From: Phycisphaerae bacterium
GTDB taxonomy: Bacteria; Planctomycetota; Phycisphaerae; UBA1845
Assembly: GCA_963666835.2 (NCBI GenBank)
Contig: CAXXGO010000006.1
Coordinates: 1,248,001 to 1,312,000 of the forward strand
Direction: 5' to 3'
Length of the DNA: 64,000 nucleotides
Position numbers and translations under genes: made by a program
Notes under the pieces: model-generated
Told to the model about the DNA's origin: nothing
Database searches by the model: none
What the model saw: the letters and a program-made list of their open reading frames with translations, nothing else
In this document: positions 51,235 to 62,200 of the stretch, piece by piece
Numbering within the stretch: the stretch's first letter is position 1
How the letters are laid out: every line of letters begins with the position of its first letter

Positions 51235-51753
51235 ATGGTACAGATCACGATATTCGCTGGGCACGACGGGCAGTTGCGCTCCGACAAGCTGTTTTACTTC
51301 ACGTTGTTTGCCGGGTGCGATCTGGTTCGGCCTACTGCGGCTCGGCAGGCTCAGGATTACAGCGAGCGGCGTCGAGCGAACCGACCTCCTCCTCCGCGGC
51401 CGTTCTTTTTGACCATTTTCGCCGGGGTTGACATCAAATCTCCGACCATGGCGGAGGAGTACCTGGATCTTCGGGAGATGCTCAGCGCGGGGGCGCTGAC
51501 GTTGGACGACTGGGAGCGGGCGATTGGGCGGGTGAGTTCGTCGGAGGGTTCGATCGGCTCTTTGACCCTCTTCGGCGGGATGGGTGAGAACGAGATCCCG
51601 TCGGAGAGTGAGGAGATCGAGGCCCTGGCGCTGCACCGCCATTTGGGTAACATTTCGGATGAGGCGGGGCGGGTCCTTCAGTACGGTATCGGTCAGCACA
51701 ATGCCGAGCGGTACTCGATCGTCCGGCAGGCGGTGCTGGCGGGTACGGCCTGA
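51235..51753 (+). CDS. Hypothetical protein (repeated T-I/L-F-A/G-G motifs, weakly LiaF-like)
   Basis: Intact ORF between purM and the transporter operon. Confidence 0.6.
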   Translation: MVQITIFAGHDGQLRSDKLFYFTLFAGCDLVRPTAARQAQDYSERRRANRPPPPRPFFLTIFAGVDIKSPTMAEEYLDLREMLSAGALTLDDWERAIGRVSSSEGSIGSLTLFGGMGENEIPSESEEIEALALHRHLGNISDEAGRVLQYGIGQHNAERYSIVRQAVLAGTA

Positions 51754-51910
51754 CTGCGGGGCGGGCATTCGCGGTTTACTTCCGGTTTCTATTGCCGTCA
51801 TAATCTCAGGAAGGCAGTGGTCTGCGCGTTGCTTGCCGGGCGAGTTGTCGCTATGGCTTGGGGTGGCTAGAATTATACTGTTAGTGGATGTGAGAGCATC
51901 TCGGGTGTGA

Positions 51911-54412
51911 TTGGGTCCAATCGCTCCGGGTATCGTGTCGGCGGTCGTTTCCTTCGCAGGGAGTCTAATGGCCTTGGTAAGGCCTGTAGAGCCGGGTCCG
52001 TGGTTGTCCTGGGCGGGGTTGCTGAGCGTGGTCCTGGTCTTGCTGCCGGCTCCGCGCCCGGCGCGGGCGACGGTGGAAGTGACGGTAACTCGGGTCGGTT
52101 TTCCTACATTGAACAGCGGCTCGGTCATCCGAAACGGGGCGTGGATGCCGATCGTGGTGGATCTCGATTTGATCGACCAGAGCAGCTTCGACGGATGGTT
52201 GCGTACGGCGCAGTTTGACGACGACGGAGATGCCTGTATTGACGCTGTCGAGGTGCATCTGCGAGTTGAGACCGGCGGTACCGCAACGCGCACCCTGTAC
52301 GTTCCAGCGAGCCCCGGGCGTAACTCGGGGAAATGTGAGGTAGAGCTCCTGACGGACCGGGGAGAGGCGGTCGAGGTGTTGTCGCAGGGTGAGCTGACGT
52401 ATCGAGCGTCGCCGGGGCAGGTTCCGCAGCACGTCGATGATGACGCCGTTGTGGTGTTGTCTCTTTCCGCGGGGACGGTGGGGCGAGTGCAGGATCTGGT
52501 GGCGCCGGGGGACGAGAGGCCTTACATCCGACCGGTATCAGTGGCGCATCTTAGCCCGGGAGATCTTCCGGAGCAGTGGATGGGTCTGGAGGCGATTGAT
52601 TACATCGTTTGGGATGACGCAGACCCGGAGCTATTGACGGAGCGGCAGGTTGGGGCCTTGTTGGAGTGGGTCCGGCAGGGTGGGACGTTGTTGATTGCGG
52701 CGTCGCGCTCGGCGGATGCGCTGACGCTTTCCGGTCCGTTGGCGGAGGCGCTGCCGGTAACGATCGGCGAGACCATGGCGGTTCGCAACCTCAGGGAGGT
52801 CCGGCGCGAGCTTCTGGAGGCGCCAAAAGACGAGGACGGTCGGCGGGTCGCGGATTCCATCTGGTTGGCGGCGGAGTTTCCGGGTCCGGTGCCGGTGGCC
52901 AAGTGTACTTTGCGAGACGGTAGTGTTGTGGAGGCGGAGGAGGATTCGCTGGGTCTTCCGGTGGTTACTCGGGGCCGGTTAAGCGGCGGGTATGTGATCT
53001 ACTCCGCGGTGACGTTGAAGGACTTATTCAGTGCCTCGGGTGAGACATCTGTTTTTTTTGATCGCCTTTTCTATCTGAACCGGTTTGACAATCCGGATAC
53101 AGAGCGTCCGCGTGGCATATCTTTGTTTTATGCGGCGGTTACTCCGGTTTCATTTGCCACCAGCGGAGGCGTGTATTTGCTGGTGGCGGCGCTGGCCTCG
53201 GTGGCCTATGTGTTATTGGCGACGTTCGGCGTTTGGGGTTTTCTGTCCAAGCGTGGTTGGCGGCATCATAGCTGGAACGCGTTTGCCCTGGCGGCGATTG
53301 CCGCGAGTGTCCTGAGCGTGGTGGTGGTGCAGTCGCGGCGAGGCTTCGGGGCGACTCTGCGCCAGCTTTCCGTGATCGATGCAGAAGCCGGTGATACGGT
53401 CGGTTGGGGCACGGCGTATTTCGGGCTCAAGACCAGTATCGACCGGAAGATGGACTTGTGGCTGCCGGCCGATCGGGAAGCCGCTTCAGAACCTCACGAG
53501 ACGTCGTGTTTTCTTCGGCCACTGCCGGGGACGATGGATGCAAGCGGCGAGCGGACGAGCTTCGCGGACCCGGAGGAGTATCGGTTGATCCCGGCAAGTG
53601 CGGTCATTGAAGATGTCCGGATGAGGGCGACGCTGAAGCGTTTCGAGGGGCGTTGGATGGGTCCGCTGGCCGGCCGGCTGACCGGCGAGATCTTCGTCCG
53701 GGGGCGCGAGATGTCGGAAGACAGTTATGTAATGAACGAACTGGGGGTCGACTTGGTGAGTTGCTGGCTGTTGCACCCGGTTATTAACGCCGACGACCAG
53801 CAGGGCTTTCGCAGCAATGCGGTATACGCGTACGAGTTGGGGAATCTGCCGGCTGATGGGGAGCGCGTGCTGCTGCACCCGTTGTGTTATACGCCGAAGT
53901 TGAAGCAGACGCTGCCGCAGTTTATGGCGTCGGTGACCCTGGCCAAGCGGCAGACGGAGTGGGGAACGCCGTTTCGTAGTCTGGTAGGAGACCTGAGTTT
54001 CGGCGGAGATCGTCCGAAGGGTCCGCCGCTGGGTGAGGAGCAGCGGGCGTTGATGTTGCTCTCGACCGTGGGGGAATACGACCCGAGTCAAGACGCGAAC
54101 ATGAGCAGGCATATATTCGGTTTGCCGACCTGGTCGCGAGATCGAGCGAGGGCGCTTGACTTGCGTGATCAACTGCAGAAGGACTGTGTGTATTTGATAG
54201 GTTTCACGGATGATCCCGGTCCGATTGGGTTGTTTCGCAGAACAGGAAACCGGGGGTATCGTCTGTTGGAGCCGGCCGACGGTGAGGCTCGGACGATGTA
54301 TCGTTTCCGGATTCCCGTGGTGAGGCGGGGTTCGGTGACGGGCAGCGCCGTCTCGGCAGAACCTGACACCCCGGTTGCGGAAAAAGAGGCCGTCCCGGTA
54401 GAAGAGGATTAA
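51911..54412 (+). CDS. ABC-transporter-associated membrane protein with glutamine-amidotransferase-like domain (start uncertain)
   Basis: 'LPEQWMGLEAIDYIVW...ALLEWVRQGGTLLI' plus two internal TM helices. Confidence 0.7.
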   Translation: MGPIAPGIVSAVVSFAGSLMALVRPVEPGPWLSWAGLLSVVLVLLPAPRPARATVEVTVTRVGFPTLNSGSVIRNGAWMPIVVDLDLIDQSSFDGWLRTAQFDDDGDACIDAVEVHLRVETGGTATRTLYVPASPGRNSGKCEVELLTDRGEAVEVLSQGELTYRASPGQVPQHVDDDAVVVLSLSAGTVGRVQDLVAPGDERPYIRPVSVAHLSPGDLPEQWMGLEAIDYIVWDDADPELLTERQVGALLEWVRQGGTLLIAASRSADALTLSGPLAEALPVTIGETMAVRNLREVRRELLEAPKDEDGRRVADSIWLAAEFPGPVPVAKCTLRDGSVVEAEEDSLGLPVVTRGRLSGGYVIYSAVTLKDLFSASGETSVFFDRLFYLNRFDNPDTERPRGISLFYAAVTPVSFATSGGVYLLVAALASVAYVLLATFGVWGFLSKRGWRHHSWNAFALAAIAASVLSVVVVQSRRGFGATLRQLSVIDAEAGDTVGWGTAYFGLKTSIDRKMDLWLPADREAASEPHETSCFLRPLPGTMDASGERTSFADPEEYRLIPASAVIEDVRMRATLKRFEGRWMGPLAGRLTGEIFVRGREMSEDSYVMNELGVDLVSCWLLHPVINADDQQGFRSNAVYAYELGNLPADGERVLLHPLCYTPKLKQTLPQFMASVTLAKRQTEWGTPFRSLVGDLSFGGDRPKGPPLGEEQRALMLLSTVGEYDPSQDANMSRHIFGLPTWSRDRARALDLRDQLQKDCVYLIGFTDDPGPIGLFRRTGNRGYRLLEPADGEARTMYRFRIPVVRRGSVTGSAVSAEPDTPVAEKEAVPVEED

Positions 54413-54424
54413 AGACACTACCTC

Positions 54425-55354
54425 GTGATTGTCAAAACCATCAATCTGACGAAGCGGTATGGGAAGCTGGTGGCGCTCGACAACCTCCATTTGAATATCG
54501 AGGAGGGAGAGTGTTTCGGGTACATCGGTCCGAATGGCGCGGGAAAAACGACGACGATCAAGATTCTCGCGACGCTTTTGCAGCCGACTTGGGGTGAGGC
54601 GCGGGTTTGCGACTACGTTGTGGGTTACGAGTCGCGTAAGATTCGGCCGTTGATCGGGTATGTTCCGGATTTCTTCGGGGCGTACGAAGACATGGTCGTG
54701 CAGGAGTACTTGGAGTTTTTCGCCAGCGCGTACAATATTACCGGGAAGCAGCGTATGCGGGTGGTGGGCGATGTGCTCGAGCTGACGGACTTGGTCTATA
54801 AGCGCGAAGCTCTGGTGGACTCGCTTTCGCGCGGGATGCAGCAGCGTCTGAGCGTGGCGCGGGTTTTGTTGCACGACCCGAAGGTGCTGTTGCTGGATGA
54901 GCCGGCCAGCGGGCTCGACCCCAGAGCGCGGATTGAGATTCGGGAGCTGCTCAAAGAACTGCATCGGATGGGCAAGACGATTATCATAAGCTCGCACATT
55001 CTCCATGAGTTGGCGGAATTGTGTACGACGGTGGGGATTATCGAGCAGGGCGAGCTGTTGTTCCACGGGCCGCTTCGGGAGATTCTCGACCGGGCGCGGA
55101 CGGGTACCAAGCTGGTAATCAAGGTTACGGAACAGCAGGACCTAGCGGCGTTGACCCTGCAGCGGGCGAAGGGAGTGAAGGGCGTGGAATTGCGCAACGG
55201 ACAACTGGTAGTCGAGTTGACTAAGGCGACCCATGACTTCAGCGCCGTGGCGTATCTTCTCTTGAAGAACAAGTTCAGAATCAGGGAGATTAAGGAGGAA
55301 GAGGTCGACCTGGAGACGGCGTTTATGAGGCTGACGAAGGGAATGGTGCAGTAG
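54425..55354 (+). CDS. ABC transporter ATP-binding protein
   Basis: GPNGAGKTT, LSRGMQQR, LLLDEP, SSH. Confidence 0.96.
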   Translation: MIVKTINLTKRYGKLVALDNLHLNIEEGECFGYIGPNGAGKTTTIKILATLLQPTWGEARVCDYVVGYESRKIRPLIGYVPDFFGAYEDMVVQEYLEFFASAYNITGKQRMRVVGDVLELTDLVYKREALVDSLSRGMQQRLSVARVLLHDPKVLLLDEPASGLDPRARIEIRELLKELHRMGKTIIISSHILHELAELCTTVGIIEQGELLFHGPLREILDRARTGTKLVIKVTEQQDLAALTLQRAKGVKGVELRNGQLVVELTKATHDFSAVAYLLLKNKFRIREIKEEEVDLETAFMRLTKGMVQ

Positions 55355-55412
55355 AGGTCCGTTGGAGAGCGCGGCTGTCGGTTTTGTGCCGTTCTCGAAG
55401 TTGCGTGTGTGA

Positions 55413-57230
55413 ATGAATGCAGTATTCGCTAAGTTGTGGTTGTGGGTCTGGCATTTACTGCCGGCCAACCCGATTCTGATTCGGGTGGTCACCGGGGCAT
55501 CACGCCGATCGCGGCATTTATGGCTGCGGGCGGGGTACCTGAGTGCGCTGCTGTTGGTAGTTCTCTTTCTGCTCATCACGGCGATGACCGGCGAGAGCGG
55601 GTCGCTGACGGACCTGGCGAAGGGGGCGTCGCAGACGTTTATGTGGGCGTCGGTCGCGCAACTGGCGATGATGTGCTTCTTGGCGCCGGTGTTTACGGCC
55701 GCGGCCATTACGCAGGAGCGGGACGCCCAGACATTCAATATTCTCCTCTCGACGCCGCTTAGCAACGGTCAGATTGTGTTCGGGTCTTTGATGAGCCGGC
55801 TCTACTTCGTGGTGTTGCTGCTGCTGGCCGGGCTGCCGATCTTCTTGGTGACGACGGCGTATGGTGGGGTCGGAACCGCCCAGATCTTCGAGAGTTTTGC
55901 GCTTTCCGGGGCGACTGCCGTCTTGACCGGGTCCTTGGCGATCTTCGTAGCGATGGTGCGGGTGGGGACGCGCGGGACGATCTTCTCGTTCTACTTGCTG
56001 ATTGGGCTATACCTGCTGTGTCTCTACTTGCTGGGTTTGTGGGATCAGACCTGGCTGGACACGTCGCCGGCCAATCTGGCCGGGCGCAGGATGAGCTGGC
56101 TGACCCCGTTTCACCCGTTTCTGGCTTTGGAGGTGGCTCTGAACCAAGTCTATGCGCCGTCTCGGGCTCACTTGGGAGACTGTTCGGCGCTGACGCGATT
56201 CGCGTGGGCGTCCCCGGCCAGCTTCTATGTGGTTTGGACCCTGACGCTGGCGCTGGTATTGACGACCGTGAGTGTTATTTTTGTGCGGCGCGGGGCCAAG
56301 GTGGGAGAGCCGACCGTGTTGAATGTGATAGCGGGGTGGTTCAAGCGGGCTCCGCGAGGCGAGCGAATGCGCAAGCCGCGTAACGTGTGGGCGAACCCGG
56401 TGGCGTGGCGCGAGGCTCGAACCAGAGTGGCCAGCGGGGCATGGCTGCGATGGGCGCTGATCATCGGTGGTCTGGCGGGAGCGGTAACGCTGTTCATAGC
56501 GCACGCCGGTGGTGGTCTATCCGGCGGCGAGGTGCGCAGATGGCTGGCGGCCTTGATTGTGATCCAGTTCGCCATTGCCATTATCATTGCCACCAACACC
56601 GCGGCCACGTCGATGACCAAGGAGAAGGAATCCAAGACGATGGACCTTATGCTCACTACTCCGCTCACCAGCAAGTACATTCTGTGGGGTAAGTTGCGGG
56701 GGCTGGTGAGTTTCGCCGCTCCGCTGCTGGCCGGTCCGGTTCTGATGCTGGTGGCGTTTGGTCTTCTAGGTTTGGGAAGCACGGGTGCTCCTCCGGCGAT
56801 CTGGATAGAGACCGGGGCGGAACTGGCGTTGCTGATGGTGGTTTACACGGCCTTTGCCTGCGTGATTAGCCTGCGGGTGTCGCTGGTCACCAAGAAGAAC
56901 GTAACGGCGGTGATGTACAGCGTCGGATTGATGATTCTCCTCTATGGAGCGGCGACCTTACTGGGGATGGCCGTGGTCTCGGGAAGCGGGAACGAGATCG
57001 GGGGGTTCATGGCCCCGTTTACGCCGTTTACTTCCATCTGGTATTTGGTTGACTCTGAGCAGTTGTTCGAGTCGACGGCCGCGTTCACCCGAGGGCAGAT
57101 AGCGCTGCGCACTGCGGCCGCCTTCGGGACGGCCATTGCCGCCGTGCTCTACACGTTCATCATCTGGAGCGTGTACACCGGGTTGGTCCGCAACTTCGAC
57201 ATGATCGTCCGCAAGCAATCGGGGACGTAA
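55413..57230 (+). CDS. ABC-2 type permease with duplicated permease domains
   Basis: Two 'NP(I/V)...E(R/K)...T..L.L.TPL..I..G' modules and many TMs. Confidence 0.88.
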   Translation: MNAVFAKLWLWVWHLLPANPILIRVVTGASRRSRHLWLRAGYLSALLLVVLFLLITAMTGESGSLTDLAKGASQTFMWASVAQLAMMCFLAPVFTAAAITQERDAQTFNILLSTPLSNGQIVFGSLMSRLYFVVLLLLAGLPIFLVTTAYGGVGTAQIFESFALSGATAVLTGSLAIFVAMVRVGTRGTIFSFYLLIGLYLLCLYLLGLWDQTWLDTSPANLAGRRMSWLTPFHPFLALEVALNQVYAPSRAHLGDCSALTRFAWASPASFYVVWTLTLALVLTTVSVIFVRRGAKVGEPTVLNVIAGWFKRAPRGERMRKPRNVWANPVAWREARTRVASGAWLRWALIIGGLAGAVTLFIAHAGGGLSGGEVRRWLAALIVIQFAIAIIIATNTAATSMTKEKESKTMDLMLTTPLTSKYILWGKLRGLVSFAAPLLAGPVLMLVAFGLLGLGSTGAPPAIWIETGAELALLMVVYTAFACVISLRVSLVTKKNVTAVMYSVGLMILLYGAATLLGMAVVSGSGNEIGGFMAPFTPFTSIWYLVDSEQLFESTAAFTRGQIALRTAAAFGTAIAAVLYTFIIWSVYTGLVRNFDMIVRKQSGT

Positions 57231-57433
57231 CCGGCGGCTTCTGTTCAGGTAGAGGCATCCGCTTCGCTATGGTATGCTTGTTGACGAACGACTCCACGTG
57301 GGCCAAGTCACCCGGACTCATTCCGGGTTCCCGGAACACCGCGCTTATGTCCGGCGTTACGTTCGCCTCGCCGTTCTCATAACGTTCTCTCCTGCTTAAA
57401 AAGCTAGTTGCGACTAACCCTGCCCGGCATGAT

Positions 57434-58339
57434 CTAAGGCCCGGGAGGCAAGTCCTGTTTCGGAAAAGTCACCCCCGGGGCGTCATCCGTCTGATAGGTG
57501 AACTTCCACGTTCGTACTCTGCCGTACCCGTACAGGTCGTGGCCAAAGTCTCTGTCCCAACGGACGATCAGCCCACTCTTTGGATCCACTTTCCATGTAT
57601 CTCTTACTGTTAGGTCATTCCCCTTGACGGTCATCCGCCGCAGGACAATCCATGTGTGGTTCTTCATGCAGAGGGTGACCATGTCCGTCCCCGGATTGCC
57701 CGCGCGAGCCCGGCCCGCGGGCCTCTTCCAGATGTGAAGAATCTCATCAGTCGGAAAGTCCGGGCCGATGTACTGCCCCTCCCGGAGAAAGGGCACGTAT
57801 TCGGAGGTCTCCATATACTCCCGGTCGGGGAGGAGATCCGCCCTCGTTCCAAGAAGGTGATCTATCACCCGCACCAGCTTGCTCCGCGGGCCCACGATAG
57901 GTCGATTCGTTGTATGAGTGAAACAGCGGATCATATTCGCATCGTTCTCGGAATGCCACCCGGCATGATACTCCTCATTCTCAAGCGAAAAGACGCTCAT
58001 CGCCCCGTCAAGAGTGTAGTTCTTGTCAATCAGTATCCAGGTTCCCACAGACTTCTCCGGCGGGAGCGTCGCGTCGACGCTTACTGCCGATGCCTGATAG
58101 ATCTGTTTGCCTTTGTTCTCCACCGCGAACCAGACAAAATCTCTTGTATGAATACAGTGGATGCGATGGGCTCCCGTGGGTTCCTGTTCAACATCCAGGA
58201 CGAACGACATGTGCGAGGCCTCAAGATACACCTCGGTGATTCGAGCCAGGGCTGCCTCAGCCTGTTCCCGGGTCAGCTCCGCAGACGCAGGCAGCAGCAC
58301 GGAGGCCTGCAAGATCAACAACCCTGCCATTGCGTTCAT
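57434..58339 (-). CDS. Hypothetical secreted protein
   Basis: Signal-like N-terminus; no recognised family. Confidence 0.55.
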   Translation of the reverse strand: MNAMAGLLILQASVLLPASAELTREQAEAALARITEVYLEASHMSFVLDVEQEPTGAHRIHCIHTRDFVWFAVENKGKQIYQASAVSVDATLPPEKSVGTWILIDKNYTLDGAMSVFSLENEEYHAGWHSENDANMIRCFTHTTNRPIVGPRSKLVRVIDHLLGTRADLLPDREYMETSEYVPFLREGQYIGPDFPTDEILHIWKRPAGRARAGNPGTDMVTLCMKNHTWIVLRRMTVKGNDLTVRDTWKVDPKSGLIVRWDRDFGHDLYGYGRVRTWKFTYQTDDAPGVTFPKQDLPPGP

Positions 58340-58643
58340 AGAATATTCGCCTTCCTTCCGTGCCGCCACGAGACGATAGGCATGATTCCGAGAAGCCACT
58401 CTGCTGCGCTCACCGACGTGGACTACATCCTCTGAAGGTCGAGCCGTCGGCGCCGATTCGGTTTCTCACTGCCAATCCACTTTACTGGTTGCCGCCCGCG
58501 AACGCGAGGAGTTTCTTGCACCTAGAGTGACGTAATCCCATGAGAGGGTGTCACCGTTGCATGAAGCGGCCCCGACCTCGAATCCGCGAAGTCCGGACTA
58601 CGCGCCATTGCGGGGCCGGCGGCAACGTCAACGGTGGGGCCGA

Positions 58644-59270
58644 TTAGCCGCCGTGATCGTGATTGTCATGATCGTGATTGTCATGATCGTGATCGTGTTC
58701 GACGGCCGGGGCGAGGTCGTGGAGTTTCCCGAGAAGTGTGAGCATTTCCGCGTGCATCGCCCGTATCTCGTCCACGTTGCCATCCTCGGAGGCCGCGTGG
58801 GCTTTATTGGCCTTGGCCGCCAAGAGCTTCTGTGTTTGATTGACGGTCTTCACGTCTTCTTTCGCCACGCCGCTATCCGTGGCCATAGCCAGCTTGGGCA
58901 GCTCGGCGCTGATTCCGACAATGGCGTCACAGGGACCGTGAGCGCCGGCAATGTTGCCCTCGGCGAGTAACCTCTCGATCTCGGCGAGTTCCGTCGCGAC
59001 GGCCTCTATTGCGACCATGTACGTCGTGGGGGTCTCTTCATGACCGTGGCTGTGCCCGTGATTGTGTGCGGCCTCTTCCGTCCGGGCCGGGGCCGGCACT
59101 TTCGCATGGGCATGAGCGTGCTCCGTTTCCTTGGGAGTGGCAGAGTCTGCCGACTTCGGGACGGTCGTTTCGTGGGGTTCGGGGGATTCGTCACGACGGC
59201 AGCCGCTTGCGGTTGCCAGCACCATACCGAGGGACGCGACGCCAACGAGAATTAGCCTGGTTCCGTTCAT
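58644..59270 (-). CDS. His-rich lipoprotein, putative metal-binding partner of the RND pump
   Basis: ASGC lipobox; HAHAH, HNHGHSHGH and C-terminal HDHDHDNHDHDNHDH. Confidence 0.75.
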   Translation of the reverse strand: MNGTRLILVGVASLGMVLATASGCRRDESPEPHETTVPKSADSATPKETEHAHAHAKVPAPARTEEAAHNHGHSHGHEETPTTYMVAIEAVATELAEIERLLAEGNIAGAHGPCDAIVGISAELPKLAMATDSGVAKEDVKTVNQTQKLLAAKANKAHAASEDGNVDEIRAMHAEMLTLLGKLHDLAPAVEHDHDHDNHDHDNHDHGG

Positions 59271-59299
59271 AGTCAAGCTCCTTGAGATTTCTGAACGGT

Positions 59300-62200
59300 C
59301 TATGCTTCGATAGTCTCAGCGCTGATGCGCTTAGCGGCCTTGTGGCCGAAACGAAGGAAGACCGTAGGGGTAACGAAGAAGTCCAATAGAGTACTGGTAA
59401 TCAGCCCGCCGATCATCGTGATTGCGACGGGATACAGGATCTCTTTTCCCGGCTGGCCGGCTTGCATGGCGAGCGGGACCAGGGCGAGGGCGGCGGTCAG
59501 GGCGGTCATGAGCACGGGGGCCACGCGTTCCTGGCTGCCTTTGATGACAAGTTCCTCTCCAAAGGGGAGCCCCTCCTCGCGGATCAGATGGAGGTAGTGG
59601 CTGATCATGAGCACGCCGTTGCGCGAGGCGATTCCACATAGCCCGATGAAGCCTACGAGGCTGGCGAGGTTGAACGTCTCCCCGGCGAGGCGGAGGGCGA
59701 CCACGGCTCCGATGAAGGCGAACGGGATATTGAGGAGAACCTGCATCACGACGCGGACGGACCGCAGTTGGTTATACAACAGCGCGAACATGCCCACGAT
59801 GCTGAGGCCGAACAGGGTCAGTATGGTCTGAGTGCCGCGCCGCTGGCTCTCATAGGTCCCCTCGAGACGGACGTAGTATCCTTGGGGGGTATCGACCTGG
59901 GCGGCGACGGTCTGCTGAATCTGCTGAACCGTGCTGCCCAGGTCGCGCCCGCGGATGTTGCACGATACGATAATCCGTCGCTGCGTACCCTCCCGACCGA
60001 TTTGGTTCGGGCCGGTCGTTTCGGCGATCTCGGCAACGTCCCGCAGCAGTACTACCGCTCCACTGGGGGAGATAAGACGCATCCGAGCCAGGCGGTCGGG
60101 AGAATTGCGGTATTGTTCGTTGAGCATCACGACCAGGTCGAACGTGCGTTGGCCTTCGAACACCTCGCTGATCACTTTGCCGTTGGTAGCCATCTCGAAG
60201 GCCGTGATCACTTCGGCCACGGTGAACCCATAAAGGGCGGCGGCGTCGCGGTTGACCTTCAGATGGAGTTGCGGGATTACGGTCTGCTGCTCGACGGCCA
60301 GGTCGACCACGCCGGGAATAGTCTCCAGGGCATCGCGAACGTCCTCGGCGATGACCTGCAGCTCGTCAAGATCCTCTCCGAAGATCTTGAGGGCCACGTC
60401 GGTGCGTACTCCCGACAACATCTGGGCGATTCGGTGCCCTAGGGGGGCGCTGATCTCCACGAATACGCCGGGCAGAGGGGCAAGTACGCGTTCGATCTCC
60501 GCGGCGATCTCCGACTGCGAGCGCAGAAGGGACGGAGGCTTACGCCTACCGGGGTCGTTCGAGTCGTCACCGGAACTGAGCAAGTCATCCTCCGTCCAGA
60601 ATTGGAGGTCCATTTCGGTAATGTGGACGCCGTGGATGTGTTCGTCCTGCTCTGCGCGGCCGGTGCGTCGACTTATTCTCTTGATCTCCGGAATGCCGAG
60701 CAGGAGCCGCTCGGACAGTGACCCAATCCGGTTGGATTCCTCCAGCGACGTTCCGGGAGATGCGTTGACGAACACGGTCAGGGTCCCCTCGTTGAACGGG
60801 GGGAGGAACCCCGTTCCCAGGCGGGTCATCAGTATGGCGGCGCCAACCAGGAGAGTCAGGCAGATGGCCAGAACGGTCAGGGGACGCGGCAGAGTCACCC
60901 GGTAAACCGCTCGCGCGGCGGCCTTGCAGGCGCGCAGGGCGGGGCTGTCCTCCTTGACTCTCGCGGCTTTTAGATGCGGCAAAAGGTAGTAGCACAATAC
61001 CGGCGAGACGGTCATGGCAACCAGGAGCGAGGCCAAAACGGAAGTGATGTAGCCGACAGCCAGCGGAGCGAAGAGCCGCCCCTCGAGCCCTTGAAGGAAG
61101 AACAGCGGCAGAAAGACCAACAACACGAGCACCGTGCCGTAGAGGATAGGGGCGCGGACTTCAAGCGAGGCCTCGTAGACGACTTGCAGCGGTCGCCGCG
61201 GTTTGGCGGCTTGGCGGTTTTCGTTGAGTCGCCGGTACACGTTCTCCACGTTTACGATGGCGTCGTCGACGAGGGCGCCGACGGCGACGGCGATGCCGCC
61301 GAGAGTCATGGTGTTGAGAGTCAGGCCGAACCAGTCAAACACCAGTGCCGTGATGAGCAGGCTCAACGGTAGAGCGCTCAGGGTGATCAGGGTGGTGCGG
61401 GCGTTCATGAGGAACAACGCCAGGATGATGATGACCAGGATGGAACCGTCGCGCAGGGCTTCGAACACGTTGTGAATGGCCCGGTTGATGAAATGGGCCT
61501 GCCGGAACAGGTCGCGATTGATCATGAGGCCATCGGGCAGACTCGGGCGCAGAGCGTCTAAAGCGTCGTCAATCCGCGCCGTCAATGCCCGCGTATCGAC
61601 ATTGGGGGATTTCTGAATGGAGAGCAGGACGGCCGGCGAACCGTTGATGCTCCCGTCGCCGCGTTTAACCAAGCGACCGGCTTCAACGACCTCGGCTACG
61701 TCTTGGACCCGTATGGGTCGGGCGGTGCCGTGATCGCCGCTACGGCGCATGGCGATGAGCGAGTCTTCGATGTCTTCTCGCGTATGGACTCGACCGATAT
61801 TGCGAACGGCGGTCTCCTGGGTCGGGCCGACGATGAAGCCGCCGCCGCTGTTGAGGTTTGACTCGCCGAGGGCGGTTTCGAGATCACCCAAGGTCAACTC
61901 AAACTGCCGGAGCCGCTCCGGATCGGCGCGAACCTGAAACTCGCGGAGGTCGCCGCCGATGACCGAGACCTGGCTGACCCCTTTGACGCTCAGCAAAGCC
62001 GGACGCACTACCCAATCGGCAAGGGTACGCAACGCCATTGGATCGGTGTCCGGTGCCTGAAGACCCATCAGCATGATGTCGCCCATCAGACTGCCGACGG
62101 GTCCCATCTGCGGAATGACGTGCTCCGGCATCTTTTCACTGATGGTCGTGAGTCTCTCTTGGACGATCTGCCGGTCGCGCCAGAGGTCGGTGTCCCAACC

